DNA of 64,000 nucleotides from assembly GCF_004765795.1 (NCBI RefSeq), contig NZ_SBIV01000001.1, positions 372,001 through 436,000 on the forward strand, written 5' to 3'. Of this stretch, positions 9,292-18,708 are shown one piece after another. The notes under the pieces are model-generated. The model did no database searches, had not been told where the DNA came from, and saw only the letters and a list, made by a program, of their open reading frames with translations. The DNA comes from Halorussus marinus. Its GTDB lineage: Archaea > Halobacteriota > Halobacteria > Halobacteriales > Haladaptataceae. Numbering within the stretch: the stretch's first letter is position 1; every line of letters begins with the position of its first letter. The position numbers and the translations under genes are program-made.

Positions 9292-9891
9292 ATGGCAGAC
9301 GACAAGCAAGGCAGAGACAAGCAGGCCCGCGACGAGGAGCGACGACAGCGAGAGCGAGAGCTCGAAGCCACACTGGAGCGGGGCGACGAACCCGAGCCGC
9401 CGATCGAGGCCGAGGAGCTGACCGACCTCGAGGCGGAGCTCGAATCTGTTTCGTTCCCGGCCCCGGCCACCGAGGTAGTCGCGACGATCGGCGATCGCGA
9501 AATCGAGGTCCCGGACGGTCGCGTCGCGGTCGCGGAACTGGTGGCCGACGCCGACGCCGAGACGTTCGATTCGTCGGCGGCGGTGCGCAAGCGCGTCCAG
9601 CGACCGACCGTCGCGGCCGCGATGAAGCGGGTCGCGGAGGCCGCCGACACGCTCCGGAACGTCGAGCTCGGCGGGTCCCAGCGCGACGCCTACGAGAAGA
9701 CGTTCGAGGAGCTGAAAGCGATCGACGCGGACGACGACGACGAGGGGATCCGGGCCATCGCCGACTGGATCGTCGACCGAGTCCGGGAGAAAGAAGCGCT
9801 TCCGGGCTCCCGAGCGGTGCGCCGACAGGCCGCGGAGTTCTGCCGGGCGAACGGCTACGAGGTCCGGAACGACGAGTGGCTCGGCGTGTAG
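9292..9891 (+). CDS. Conserved haloarchaeal hypothetical protein (DUF5789-like)
   Basis: Acidic ORF, MADDKQGRDKQA...FPAPATEVV. Confidence 0.7.
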   Translation: MADDKQGRDKQARDEERRQRERELEATLERGDEPEPPIEAEELTDLEAELESVSFPAPATEVVATIGDREIEVPDGRVAVAELVADADAETFDSSAAVRKRVQRPTVAAAMKRVAEAADTLRNVELGGSQRDAYEKTFEELKAIDADDDDEGIRAIADWIVDRVREKEALPGSRAVRRQAAEFCRANGYEVRNDEWLGV

Positions 9892-9998
9892 CCGCGGGCG
9901 TTCGGACGCCTACAGCGCGATGAAAGGACGTAAGAGTAGCCGTCGCGTACGGTCGGCCAACGAGCGGTCCGAACCATCCCGCCGGTCTCACAGTAGCG

Positions 9999-11927
9999 AT
10001 GAATCCGAAACCCGTTCTCGCAGTGATCGCCGCCGTGTTGCTGGTGAGCAGTGGGTCGTTCGCGGTCGACGCCGGCGGCGACCGGCCCGACCCGGTCGCG
10101 TTCGAGGACACCATCACCACGGGCATGACGGCGGCCGCCACGGTACAGGCGGGCGAACGCGGCGTCGAGATCCCCCGGGCGCAGGTGTTTTACTCGCAGT
10201 ATCGGTACGTCGTCGGTTACAACGGCGTCACCGCGCTGGTGGACGAACTCGGCCGAGAGGGCCACGACCGCCAGTTCGGGGTCCCGCTCACCGCGTACGT
10301 GAGCGACTACGCTACCGCAGAGCCGACACTCGACGATCGGGGGTTGCTCGGAGTCCCCGATAGCCCGTCGACGTACGTGGGGTGGGTCGCCGCCGAGGAG
10401 GCGTACTTCGTCGTCGGGAGCGAGGCGCGAACCCCCGCCGGCGAGACGGTCGTCCCGTTCTCCGAGCGGGGCGCCGCCGAATCGTTCGTCGCGTCCTACG
10501 GCGGCGAGATCCGGCGCTGGAGCGCGGTTCGGTCGATGTCGTTCGGTACCGGGCCGGCGACGAGCGCGGCGTTCGAACGCGACGTGACCGCCCACCACGA
10601 GTGGGCCGACCGGCGCGTCGCCGACGCCGCGGCGGCGCTCGACCGGCCGGTCTCGGTCGTCGTCGGCGACGACGCCCCGACGATCGCGGCGGCGCTCGAG
10701 GCGGCGCCGCCCAACACCACCGTCTTCGTCCCGCCGGGTCGCTACGACGCCAACGTCACGATCGACGAGCCGGTGACTCTCCGGGGCGCGGGCAACGCCA
10801 CCCACCTCCGGGGCGGCGGCGAGGGGAGCGTCGTGACCGTCACCGCCGACCGCGGGGCGGTCGCGGACCTGCGCCTCTCGGGCGTCGGCGCCACCCACAC
10901 GCCCGAAGACGTCACGACCGACCGGACCGGCGAGTGGGACTACCGCATCCAGCTCGGCTACGGCTACGGCGACGCGGGCGTCACGCTCGACTCGGCGAAC
11001 GGGTCGATGGTCCGGAACGTCTCGATCGACACGCCCGCGAACGGCGTCGTCGCCCGGTGGAGCGACAACGCGGTCGTCGACGGCGTGCGGGTCAACGGCA
11101 CCGAGGAGTGGTCAGAGGGCTTCATGGGCGTCATGGTGATGGACTCGCGGCTCGTCGTCCAGAACTCGACGTTCGTCGGCGGCCGGGACGGCGTCTACAC
11201 CCACCTCGGAGACGGGACGGTCGTCCGGAACAACCGGATGGTTGGCGAGGACGGGATGCGGTACGGCGTCCACGAGATGTACACCTCCGACGCGCTGGTC
11301 GCCGACAACACCGTCACCGGTGCCAGCACGGGCGTGATCGTGATGACTCGGCCGACCGCTAACCTCGTCGTCGGCAACGTCGTCCGGGACAGCTACTCCG
11401 GGATCAACGTGGGCGGTCGAGCGTCCTACGTCGCCCGGAACACGGTCGTCGGCAACCACTACGGCCTCGAAGCGCCCTCGACCACGTCGATGTACGAGCA
11501 AAACACCGTGGTCGGCAACGACATCGGGTTCCGGGCCGCCTCGCTGATCCCGACCAACCGGGTCGCGGCGAACGACTTCGCGGACAACCGTCGGTCGGTC
11601 TCGGCGTCGCTCGGGCCGCTCCGAGTGTGGACCGTCGACGGGCGGGGCAACTACTGGGCGAACGCGCCCGGCGACGACGCCGACGGCGACGGCGTCCTCG
11701 ACCGGTCGTTCCGCCCGACCGGCCCGGTCGACAGCCGGGTCGGCGACGTCGCCGGCGCGTCGACGCTGGCCGAATCGCCCGCGCTGAAGGCGCTTCGAGG
11801 CCTTCAGGGGCTCGTCCCCGGGCTCAGACCCACGGGCGTCGTCGACGAAGCGCCGCTGGCCCAACCGGTCGCTCCCGACCGCCTCGCCGCGGCCCGCGGG
11901 TCGAACCAGACTGGAGAAAACCGATGA
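9999..11927 (+). CDS. NosL-like domain fused to a NosD-like beta-helix (exported)
   Basis: Signal peptide; NosL-like WVAAEEAYFVVGS...VPFSERGAAESFVASYGG; NosD-like RDGVYTH, RYGVHEMY and GNYW...DGDGVLD. Confidence 0.8.
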   Translation: MNPKPVLAVIAAVLLVSSGSFAVDAGGDRPDPVAFEDTITTGMTAAATVQAGERGVEIPRAQVFYSQYRYVVGYNGVTALVDELGREGHDRQFGVPLTAYVSDYATAEPTLDDRGLLGVPDSPSTYVGWVAAEEAYFVVGSEARTPAGETVVPFSERGAAESFVASYGGEIRRWSAVRSMSFGTGPATSAAFERDVTAHHEWADRRVADAAAALDRPVSVVVGDDAPTIAAALEAAPPNTTVFVPPGRYDANVTIDEPVTLRGAGNATHLRGGGEGSVVTVTADRGAVADLRLSGVGATHTPEDVTTDRTGEWDYRIQLGYGYGDAGVTLDSANGSMVRNVSIDTPANGVVARWSDNAVVDGVRVNGTEEWSEGFMGVMVMDSRLVVQNSTFVGGRDGVYTHLGDGTVVRNNRMVGEDGMRYGVHEMYTSDALVADNTVTGASTGVIVMTRPTANLVVGNVVRDSYSGINVGGRASYVARNTVVGNHYGLEAPSTTSMYEQNTVVGNDIGFRAASLIPTNRVAANDFADNRRSVSASLGPLRVWTVDGRGNYWANAPGDDADGDGVLDRSFRPTGPVDSRVGDVAGASTLAESPALKALRGLQGLVPGLRPTGVVDEAPLAQPVAPDRLAAARGSNQTGENR

Positions 11928-12715
11928 CAGACGCCACATCCACCCAGCGAGAGAGCGAGGAGTCGAGCGACCGAGCGACCGTCCTCGACGTCGAGGGGCT
12001 GAGCCACTCGTTCGGCGAGGTCGACGTGTTCTCGGACCTGTCGTTCTCGGTCGCGTCCGGGAGCGTGACGGCGCTCGTCGGCCCGAACGGGTCCGGAAAG
12101 ACGACCCTGCTCCGGGCGGTTCTGGGCCTGACGCCGCCCGACGACGGTCGAGTCAGGCTGACCGCCGGCGACCGATCCGGTCGCGACGTGGGCTACCTCC
12201 CGCAGAACCCCGACTTCCGGTCGGCGTTCACGGTCGAGGAGACCCTGCAGTTCTACGCCGACCTGTTGGACCGCGAGGTCGACGTGTCGGCGATCGTCGA
12301 TCGCGTCGGTCTCGGCGAGGCGTCCGACCGCCGAGTCGACGCCCTCTCGGGGGGGATGCGCCGACTCCTCGGCATCGGGCAGGCGATCCTCGGCGAGCCG
12401 TCGGTCGTCGTCTTAGACGAGCCGACCGGCGACCTCGACCCCCGGATGACCGAGTACATCTTCGAGGTGGCGCGCGACCTCGCCGACGACGGAATGGCGG
12501 TGGTGGTGGCGACCCACAACCTCGCCGGCGCCGAGACCGCCGACACCGTACTCCTGCTCGACCGCGGCGACGTGGTCGCGGACGGCTCGCCCGACGACTT
12601 CGCGGCCCGGACCGGGGCGGAGTCGTTTCGCGAGGCGTTCCTGTCGCTCACCGCCGCCGACGACGACCGGGACTCGCCCGCGATCAGCGCCAGCGCCGAC
12701 GGGGGCCAGCGATGA
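11924..12715 (+). CDS. ABC transporter ATP-binding protein (NosF-like)
   Basis: GPNGSGKT, LSGGM, VLDEPT and H-loop; ATGA overlap with the upstream gene. Confidence 0.92.
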   Translation: MTDATSTQRESEESSDRATVLDVEGLSHSFGEVDVFSDLSFSVASGSVTALVGPNGSGKTTLLRAVLGLTPPDDGRVRLTAGDRSGRDVGYLPQNPDFRSAFTVEETLQFYADLLDREVDVSAIVDRVGLGEASDRRVDALSGGMRRLLGIGQAILGEPSVVVLDEPTGDLDPRMTEYIFEVARDLADDGMAVVVATHNLAGAETADTVLLLDRGDVVADGSPDDFAARTGAESFREAFLSLTAADDDRDSPAISASADGGQR

Positions 12716-13524
12716 ACCGCCAGTCGATCGACCAGTTGTTCGCGGTCGCGGGCCGGGAGCTGACAACGGTGGCTCGGACCCGGGCGTTCCTCGCGCTCGC
12801 GGCCGGATTCGGCGCGATCGTGGGCGTCCTCGGGTGGACCGGCGAGGCGGTCGGATACGTCCCGCTGGTGCTCGACCTGCTGACGCCCGTCGAGGTGCTG
12901 GTGCCGGCGCTCGCGCTGGCGGTCGGCTACCGGGCGATCCTCGGCGACCGCGAGCGGGGCGAACTCGACGTGCTCCGAACGTATCCCGTCTCGCGGCCGA
13001 CCTACGTCCTCGGGGTGTATCTGGGCCGGGCGTCGGCGCTGGTCGTCGCGGTGGCGGTCCCGCTGGTCGCGGTCGCCGCGCTCGTGCCCCTGTTCGGCGG
13101 CGTCGGGACGACCGTGATCGCGTCCCACGGCGCGGCGGACTCGCCCGTGCTGTATCTCCGGTTCGTCGTCCTCTCGGCGGCGTTCGCGCTGGTGCTCGCG
13201 GCGGCGGCGACCGCCATCTCGGCGGCCGCGACCACGACCCGGACCGGGCTCGTGCTGGCGGTCGCGCTCGGACTGGCGCTGGTGATCGGCCTCGACGCCG
13301 GGATCGTCGCGGGGCTCGCCGGAGGCGTCGTTCCCGACGAGGCGCTCGGCGCGGCGCTCTCACTCAGCCCGAACAGCGCGTTCCGCGGGCTCGTACTCTC
13401 GACGGTCGTCGGCGGGGTCGAGTCGAGCGCCCCCGTCTCGTCGGCCGCCGGCGTCGTCGGCCTGCTCGCGTGGCTCGCGGGGTCGCTCGCGATCGCCACG
13501 CTCACCGTCTGGTCCGAGTCGTAG
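12712..13524 (+). CDS. ABC-2 permease (NosY-like)
   Basis: About 6 TM helices; GDRERGELDVLRTYPVSR motif; ATGA overlap. Confidence 0.85.
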   Translation: MNRQSIDQLFAVAGRELTTVARTRAFLALAAGFGAIVGVLGWTGEAVGYVPLVLDLLTPVEVLVPALALAVGYRAILGDRERGELDVLRTYPVSRPTYVLGVYLGRASALVVAVAVPLVAVAALVPLFGGVGTTVIASHGAADSPVLYLRFVVLSAAFALVLAAAATAISAAATTTRTGLVLAVALGLALVIGLDAGIVAGLAGGVVPDEALGAALSLSPNSAFRGLVLSTVVGGVESSAPVSSAAGVVGLLAWLAGSLAIATLTVWSES

Positions 13525-13697
13525 CGTCGACACCGCGAATCCGCGAGCCATAGGGGCCGACGCGCCGAGACCCGCCGCGTTTGCCAAGGTATTTGAACCG
13601 AGAGCCACTCTGTAATAGTATCCGTGTATTCTCGCATATTTGGTAGGAAGCGGCTCGCTCACGCGATCGAACGGTCCCCAGAAGGTTCGGGTGAGCG

Positions 13698-14342
13698 ATG
13701 AACCCGAGCCGGGTCGACTCGATCGTCGACCTCACCTACGGGCTGTTGATCGCGATCTCGGTCGGGCTGATCGTCGTGGCCGGCAACGCCGTGGGACTCG
13801 CGTTCGGGTTCGGCGTCCTCCTGTCGTACGTCATCCACGTCGTCTGGAAGATGGCCCGATTCGACCCCGACTGGATGACCACCGCGGTCAAAGAGACCGT
13901 CGAGGAGACGGTCGACGAGACGGTCGAAGAGAAGGTCGGCGAGACGGTGGAGAAGACCGTCGACGAGACGGTCGGCGACGCGGTCGAAGAACAGGTCGGC
14001 GAGACGGTCGAGGAGACCGTCGGCGAGACCGTGGAAGCGACGGTGGGCGAGACGGTCGAGGAGACCGTCGAAGAGACTGTCGGCGAGACCGTCGAGCAGA
14101 AAGTGGGTGAAACCGTCGAGCAGAAAGTCGGCGACGCGGTCGAAAAGCAGGTCGGCGAAACCGTCGAAGAGACTGTCGGCGAGACGGTCGAGGAGACTGT
14201 CGAAGAAACGGTCGAGGAGACGGTCACCGAAACGGTCGACGAAACCGTCGAGGAGACCGTCGAGAAGACCCTCGAAGAGCAACTGGGCGACGGAGACGAC
14301 GCCGAGAACGCCGAAGACGACGCCACGGACGGAGACCGCTGA
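13698..14342 (+). CDS. Membrane protein with 2 N-terminal TMs and an acidic tetrapeptide-repeat tail
   Basis: Hydrophobic N-terminus followed by 33 V-x-x-x units; stop overlaps the next ATG (TGATG). Confidence 0.85.
   Translation: MNPSRVDSIVDLTYGLLIAISVGLIVVAGNAVGLAFGFGVLLSYVIHVVWKMARFDPDWMTTAVKETVEETVDETVEEKVGETVEKTVDETVGDAVEEQVGETVEETVGETVEATVGETVEETVEETVGETVEQKVGETVEQKVGDAVEKQVGETVEETVGETVEETVEETVEETVTETVDETVEETVEKTLEEQLGDGDDAENAEDDATDGDR
13887..14282 (+). repeat. Imperfect 12-bp tandem repeat, 33 units, consensus approximately GTCGAGGAGACC
   Basis: Encodes VEET, VGET, VDET, VEQK, VGDA and similar units. Confidence 0.9.
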
Positions 14343-15520
14343 TGGTCGAACTCCTGCTCGTCGTCGGCGTCCTCGTCTCGATGTTCGTGGCGTACAACAT
14401 CGGCGGGTCGACGACGGGACCGGCGTTCGGCCCGGCGGTCGGCGCGGACGCGATCTCGAAGAGCGGGGCGGCCGCGCTGATGGGCGTGTTTTTCTTCATC
14501 GGCGCGTGGACTATCGGCCGCAACGTCGTGACGAAACTCGGGACCGAACTGGTGGTCGATCCGGCCGTGTTCACGCTCGAAGCGTCGATCACGGTGCTGT
14601 TTTTCATCGGGATCGCGCTCCTCGTGGGCAACGTCTTCGGGGTGCCGGCCTCGACGTCGATGACCGCGGTCGGCGCGATCGCGGGGCTGGGGCTGGCGGG
14701 CGGCGTCCTCGATCTGGCGGTCATGGGCGAGATCCTCGTCTGGTGGATCGTCTCGCCGATCATCGGCTTCTGGGTGTCGCTGATCATCGGCCGGTACTTC
14801 TACGCGCGGCTCAACCGTGCGGTCGCGATGGAGCGAAGCACCGGGCCGCTCCTCGAAGTCGACCGGTCGGGCGTCGTCCCGATTCCGCGGGTCCACCCGA
14901 CCACGAACCGCCGGGAGCTGATCGGGACGATCACGGTCGTCGCGATCGGCTGTCTGATGGCGTTCAGCTCCGGCACCTCGAACATCGCCAACGCTGTCGC
15001 GCCGCTGGTCGGTAGCGGCGAGTTGGCGATGAACCCCGCGATCATCTTCGGCGGGGTCGCGGTCGCGATCGGCGCGTTCACGATCGCCCGCCGGACGCTG
15101 GAGACGATGGGAAGCGACATCACCGAACTGCCCCTGACCGCCGCGATCGTCGTCGCCGGGGTCAGCTCCACGCTCGTGGTGTTCCTCTCGGCGCTGGGGA
15201 TCCCGGCGAGCTTCGTCGTCATCGCGACGATGTCGATCGTGGGACTCGGCTGGGGCCGGGCGACCCGTCCGGTCACGGTCTCGGAGGTCGTCGGCGACCA
15301 GCAGACCCCGCCGGTGACCGTCGACGCGCTGGCCGGCGACGAGCCGGGCGAGGAGCTACCGCCGATCGGCGAGGAGCCCACCGAGAGCGCCCCGAGCGGC
15401 GGGGACCTGTTCAAGCCCGCGACCACCGCGCGGGTCGTGTTGATGCAGAACATCGTCCCGGCGATCGCCACCGTCGGCGCGTATCTCACCTTCCGATTTC
15501 TCCCGGTGTTCGGGTTCTGA
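14342..15520 (+). CDS. PiT-family anion permease (CysP-like signature)
   Basis: NIGGSTTGPAFG, GVPASTS, SSGTSNIANAV and GIPASF segments; multiple TMs. Confidence 0.85.
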   Translation: MVELLLVVGVLVSMFVAYNIGGSTTGPAFGPAVGADAISKSGAAALMGVFFFIGAWTIGRNVVTKLGTELVVDPAVFTLEASITVLFFIGIALLVGNVFGVPASTSMTAVGAIAGLGLAGGVLDLAVMGEILVWWIVSPIIGFWVSLIIGRYFYARLNRAVAMERSTGPLLEVDRSGVVPIPRVHPTTNRRELIGTITVVAIGCLMAFSSGTSNIANAVAPLVGSGELAMNPAIIFGGVAVAIGAFTIARRTLETMGSDITELPLTAAIVVAGVSSTLVVFLSALGIPASFVVIATMSIVGLGWGRATRPVTVSEVVGDQQTPPVTVDALAGDEPGEELPPIGEEPTESAPSGGDLFKPATTARVVLMQNIVPAIATVGAYLTFRFLPVFGF

Positions 15521-15703
15521 GCCGAGTCCTCTGACCGGCCCCGTCTCGTCCGGACGAACTGCCGTCTCGCTTCCGGTATCGGTAGCGCTGGCGGTACGTT
15601 CGGCGCGTCGGCGAATCGGGCGACGGGATGGTCTCGCTCCGGCGAGGCCGGCCAAATGTTTAAGAGACTGACGATAGTGGTACGCCTGACGGCTACTGTG
15701 TCG

Positions 15704-16705
15704 ATGAACGTGAGAAGAGTCACACTCGGGGAGTGGGAGAATAGTCTGCCGGCGACCGGAACTGAAGTGTTTCACTCACCGGAGGTGCTTCGGGTCGTAG
15801 ACGAGTACGCGACGGGGGAGCTACGGCTGTACGTCGGCTACCGCGGCGAACAGCCGGTCGGATTTCTCCCCGCGTTCGTCAGGGAACTGGCCGGCGTGCG
15901 GGCGGTGCTCTCGCCGATCCCGGGGTTCAGTCTCTCCCGGATGGGGCCGATCGTCGCGTCGAACAGCCCCAAACAGCGAAAGCGCGAGCGCGTCAACCGG
16001 ACGTTCACCGAGCAACTGCTCGAAACGCTTCGCGAGGGGAGCCTGCTCACGCTGGTGGCGATGGTCTTCAGCACCGAGTACGTCGACCCCCGGCCGTACC
16101 TGCGCGACGGGTTCGACGTCGTCCCGCGATTTACCTACGCGCTGGACCTGCGCGAGACCGACGCCGAGTCGGTTCTCAAGGGGTTCACCCGCGACCTCCG
16201 GTCGGAGATACGCAAGCTCGAAGACACCGACCTCGACGTCGCTGTCGGCGGCGCCGCCGACGCGGTTCGGGTGTACGACGACTACTGCGAACGGTTCGCC
16301 GAGCAGGGCGCGGAGTTCCCCACGCCGCGGGCCTACACTCGCGAGATCGTGGCCGCGCTCGGCGACCGCGCCCGCGTCTACACCGCCGCGAGCCCCGACG
16401 GGTCGTTTCTGGGCGGCGTCTCGGTGCTTTACTCCGGAGAGACCGCCTACTTCTGGCAGGGCGGGATGCGCGCCGACTACGACGGGCTGAGCGTCAACAG
16501 CCTCCTCCACTGGCGGATCGTCGAGGACATACTCACGGACCCGGAGCTGGACTCGATCGAGCGCTACGACCTCGGTCGCGCCGCGGTCGAGCGCCTCGGC
16601 CGGTACAAGAGCAAGTTCAACCCCGAGCTGGTCCCGTACTACGAGGTCCGATCGAGCAAACTGCTGTGGGTCGCAAAGAAGCTCTACGAGTTCGTGACCT
16701 ACTGA
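15704..16705 (+). CDS. FemAB/FemX-like GNAT protein
   Basis: AYFWQGG...NSLLHWRIV...YDLG...KSKFNP double-GNAT pattern. Confidence 0.8.
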   Translation: MNVRRVTLGEWENSLPATGTEVFHSPEVLRVVDEYATGELRLYVGYRGEQPVGFLPAFVRELAGVRAVLSPIPGFSLSRMGPIVASNSPKQRKRERVNRTFTEQLLETLREGSLLTLVAMVFSTEYVDPRPYLRDGFDVVPRFTYALDLRETDAESVLKGFTRDLRSEIRKLEDTDLDVAVGGAADAVRVYDDYCERFAEQGAEFPTPRAYTREIVAALGDRARVYTAASPDGSFLGGVSVLYSGETAYFWQGGMRADYDGLSVNSLLHWRIVEDILTDPELDSIERYDLGRAAVERLGRYKSKFNPELVPYYEVRSSKLLWVAKKLYEFVTY

Positions 16706-16820
16706 TCGGTCGAGCGGCGACCGGGCTCGGTCGGACTCTCGGCGGCCCGGCGCTCGACGCCGCCCTGAGTTCACAGACAGCCGGTATCTTTTATTCTATT
16801 CGGGTAGTGGTCGTGTCGTG

Positions 16821-16949
16821 ATGGACGCAGTTTCGAGCGGCGCCGCCCGGTCGGTGCCGCCCGTCCCGAGTCGAGTGAGTTCGGCCACCCCGGCGGGCGC
16901 GTGCGGGTCTGCCGGACGCGATCGCCGGCCGACGGAGGCCGTCGCGTGA
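16821..16949 (+). CDS. Possible 42-aa leader peptide (MDAVSSGAARSVPPVPSRVSSATPAGACGSAGRDRRPTEAVA)
   Basis: ATG 26-30 nt after TATA-like CTTTTATT; TGA overlaps the GTG start of the next gene. Confidence 0.3.
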   Translation: MDAVSSGAARSVPPVPSRVSSATPAGACGSAGRDRRPTEAVA

Positions 16950-18574
16950 CCGCGACCACGTCGATGCGGACGCTACTCGTCGGGATCGACGCCGCGTGTT
17001 TCCCGGTGCTCGATCCGCTGTTCGAGGCCGGGGCGACACCGACGCTCGACCGACTGTTCGCGGACGGCGTCGCCGGCCGACTCGAATCCCAGATTCCGCC
17101 GTGGACCCCGAGCGCGTGGCCGTCGCTGTACACCGGGGTCAACCCCGGCAAGCACGGCGTGTTCGACTTCCTGACGTTCGACGGCTACGACTGGGACGTC
17201 GTCAACCACAGCCACGTCCGCGAACACGCCCTCTGGGAGGTGCTCGATCGACGGGGGCTGTCGAGCGTCGTCGTGAACGTCCCGGTGACCTACCCGCCCC
17301 GCGAGTTCGACGGCGCGCTCGTGCCGGGCTACACCGCCCCGGAGGACCCCGAGTGCCACCCGGCGGGGCTCCTCGAAGACGTGCGGGCGGCGATCGGCGG
17401 GTACAGCGTCTACGCGCCCGGGGAGCTCTCGGACCGCGACCGCGGGGAGACGATCGACGGCTACCGGGAGGCCGCCCGGATGCGGGGGGAAGCGTTCCGG
17501 TATCTCGCCGACCGGTTCGACCCCGAGTTCGGGTTCGTGGAGTTCCAGTACACCGACACCGTGTTTCACGAACTCCCCGAAGACGACGGGGCGATCCGGG
17601 CGGCGTACGCCGCGGTCGACGAACAGATCGACGCGATCCTCGAGGAGTGCGATCCGGACACCGTCGTGGTCGCCAGCGACCACGGCATCGGCGAGTACGA
17701 CGGCTACGAGTTCCGCGTCAACGAGTTTCTCAGAAACCGGGGGTACGCCGAGACCACCCGGGGCGGCGGCTCGCTCCCCTCGTGGTCGTCGGTGGTGCGC
17801 AACAACCTCATGCGGGGCGAGGCCGACGCCGACCGAACGCCGTCCCCGCTCGAACGCGCGCTCGACCTCGCCGCTCGGGTCGGACTCACGAGCCAGCGCC
17901 TCGGCGCCGCCCTCGAAGCGGTCGGCCTCGACGACCTCGCGCTCGAATACGTGCCCGACGACGCGATTCGCGCCGGGACCGAGCGGGTGTCGTTCCCGGA
18001 GTCGGCGGCATACATGCGCTCGCGCATCGAGTGCGGAATCCGGCTCAACGTGGCGGGCCGCGAGCCCGAGGGCGTCGTCGCGCCCGAGGAGTACGACGCG
18101 GTCAGGGAGTCGCTGATCGAGGCGCTCCGCGAGGTCCGGACGCCCGACGGCGAGGCGGTGTTCGACGCCGTCTTGCCCCGCGAGGCGGTGTTCGACGGCC
18201 CGTACGTCGAGGACGCGGCCGACGTCGTGCTCGTGCCCGCCGACTACGACCACTACCTCTCGTCGCTGTTGCTCGGCGACGAGTTCGGCGAGCCGTGGCA
18301 GTCGCACAACCACAAGCGGTACGGAATCGTCGCGGCCGCCGGCGCCGGCGTCGACGCCTCGGCCGGCGTCGGCGACGCCCACCTCTTCGACGTCGCGCCC
18401 ACGGTGCTCGCGACCCTCGGCGTTCCCGCGAGCGAGCGCATGGACGGGCGCCCGTTGCCGTTCGTCGAGCCGGTCGGCACGGAACGCTACTCCGACTTCG
18501 AGGGCGGCCCCGCCGCCGAGGCGGTCGACCGCGATGTCGAACGGCGACTCTCGGACATGGGGTATCTCGAGTGA
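16946..18574 (+). CDS. Alkaline phosphatase superfamily protein (type I phosphodiesterase/nucleotide pyrophosphatase-like)
   Basis: VGIDAA, PPWTPSAWPSLYTGVNPGKHG, DTVFH and SDHG motifs, C-terminal LSDMGYLE; GGAGG SD before GTG 16946 (alternative ATG 16964). Confidence 0.88.
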   Translation: MTATTSMRTLLVGIDAACFPVLDPLFEAGATPTLDRLFADGVAGRLESQIPPWTPSAWPSLYTGVNPGKHGVFDFLTFDGYDWDVVNHSHVREHALWEVLDRRGLSSVVVNVPVTYPPREFDGALVPGYTAPEDPECHPAGLLEDVRAAIGGYSVYAPGELSDRDRGETIDGYREAARMRGEAFRYLADRFDPEFGFVEFQYTDTVFHELPEDDGAIRAAYAAVDEQIDAILEECDPDTVVVASDHGIGEYDGYEFRVNEFLRNRGYAETTRGGGSLPSWSSVVRNNLMRGEADADRTPSPLERALDLAARVGLTSQRLGAALEAVGLDDLALEYVPDDAIRAGTERVSFPESAAYMRSRIECGIRLNVAGREPEGVVAPEEYDAVRESLIEALREVRTPDGEAVFDAVLPREAVFDGPYVEDAADVVLVPADYDHYLSSLLLGDEFGEPWQSHNHKRYGIVAAAGAGVDASAGVGDAHLFDVAPTVLATLGVPASERMDGRPLPFVEPVGTERYSDFEGGPAAEAVDRDVERRLSDMGYLE

Positions 18575-18708
18575 CAGGCGAGCTAAAACGTGTCGCGATC
18601 GCGACCGACGTACAAGATATCCGTCACGCAGACATATAGTAAATCGTGTGTAATATATGAATTCGGAGGATGCTTTGAAGTTCTAGCGGCGACTACACGC
18701 GGTCACTG

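Noticed and set aside
13887..14282. Possible CRISPR array
   Set aside because: Contiguous degenerate 12-bp coding units with no spacers, and no cas genes in the window
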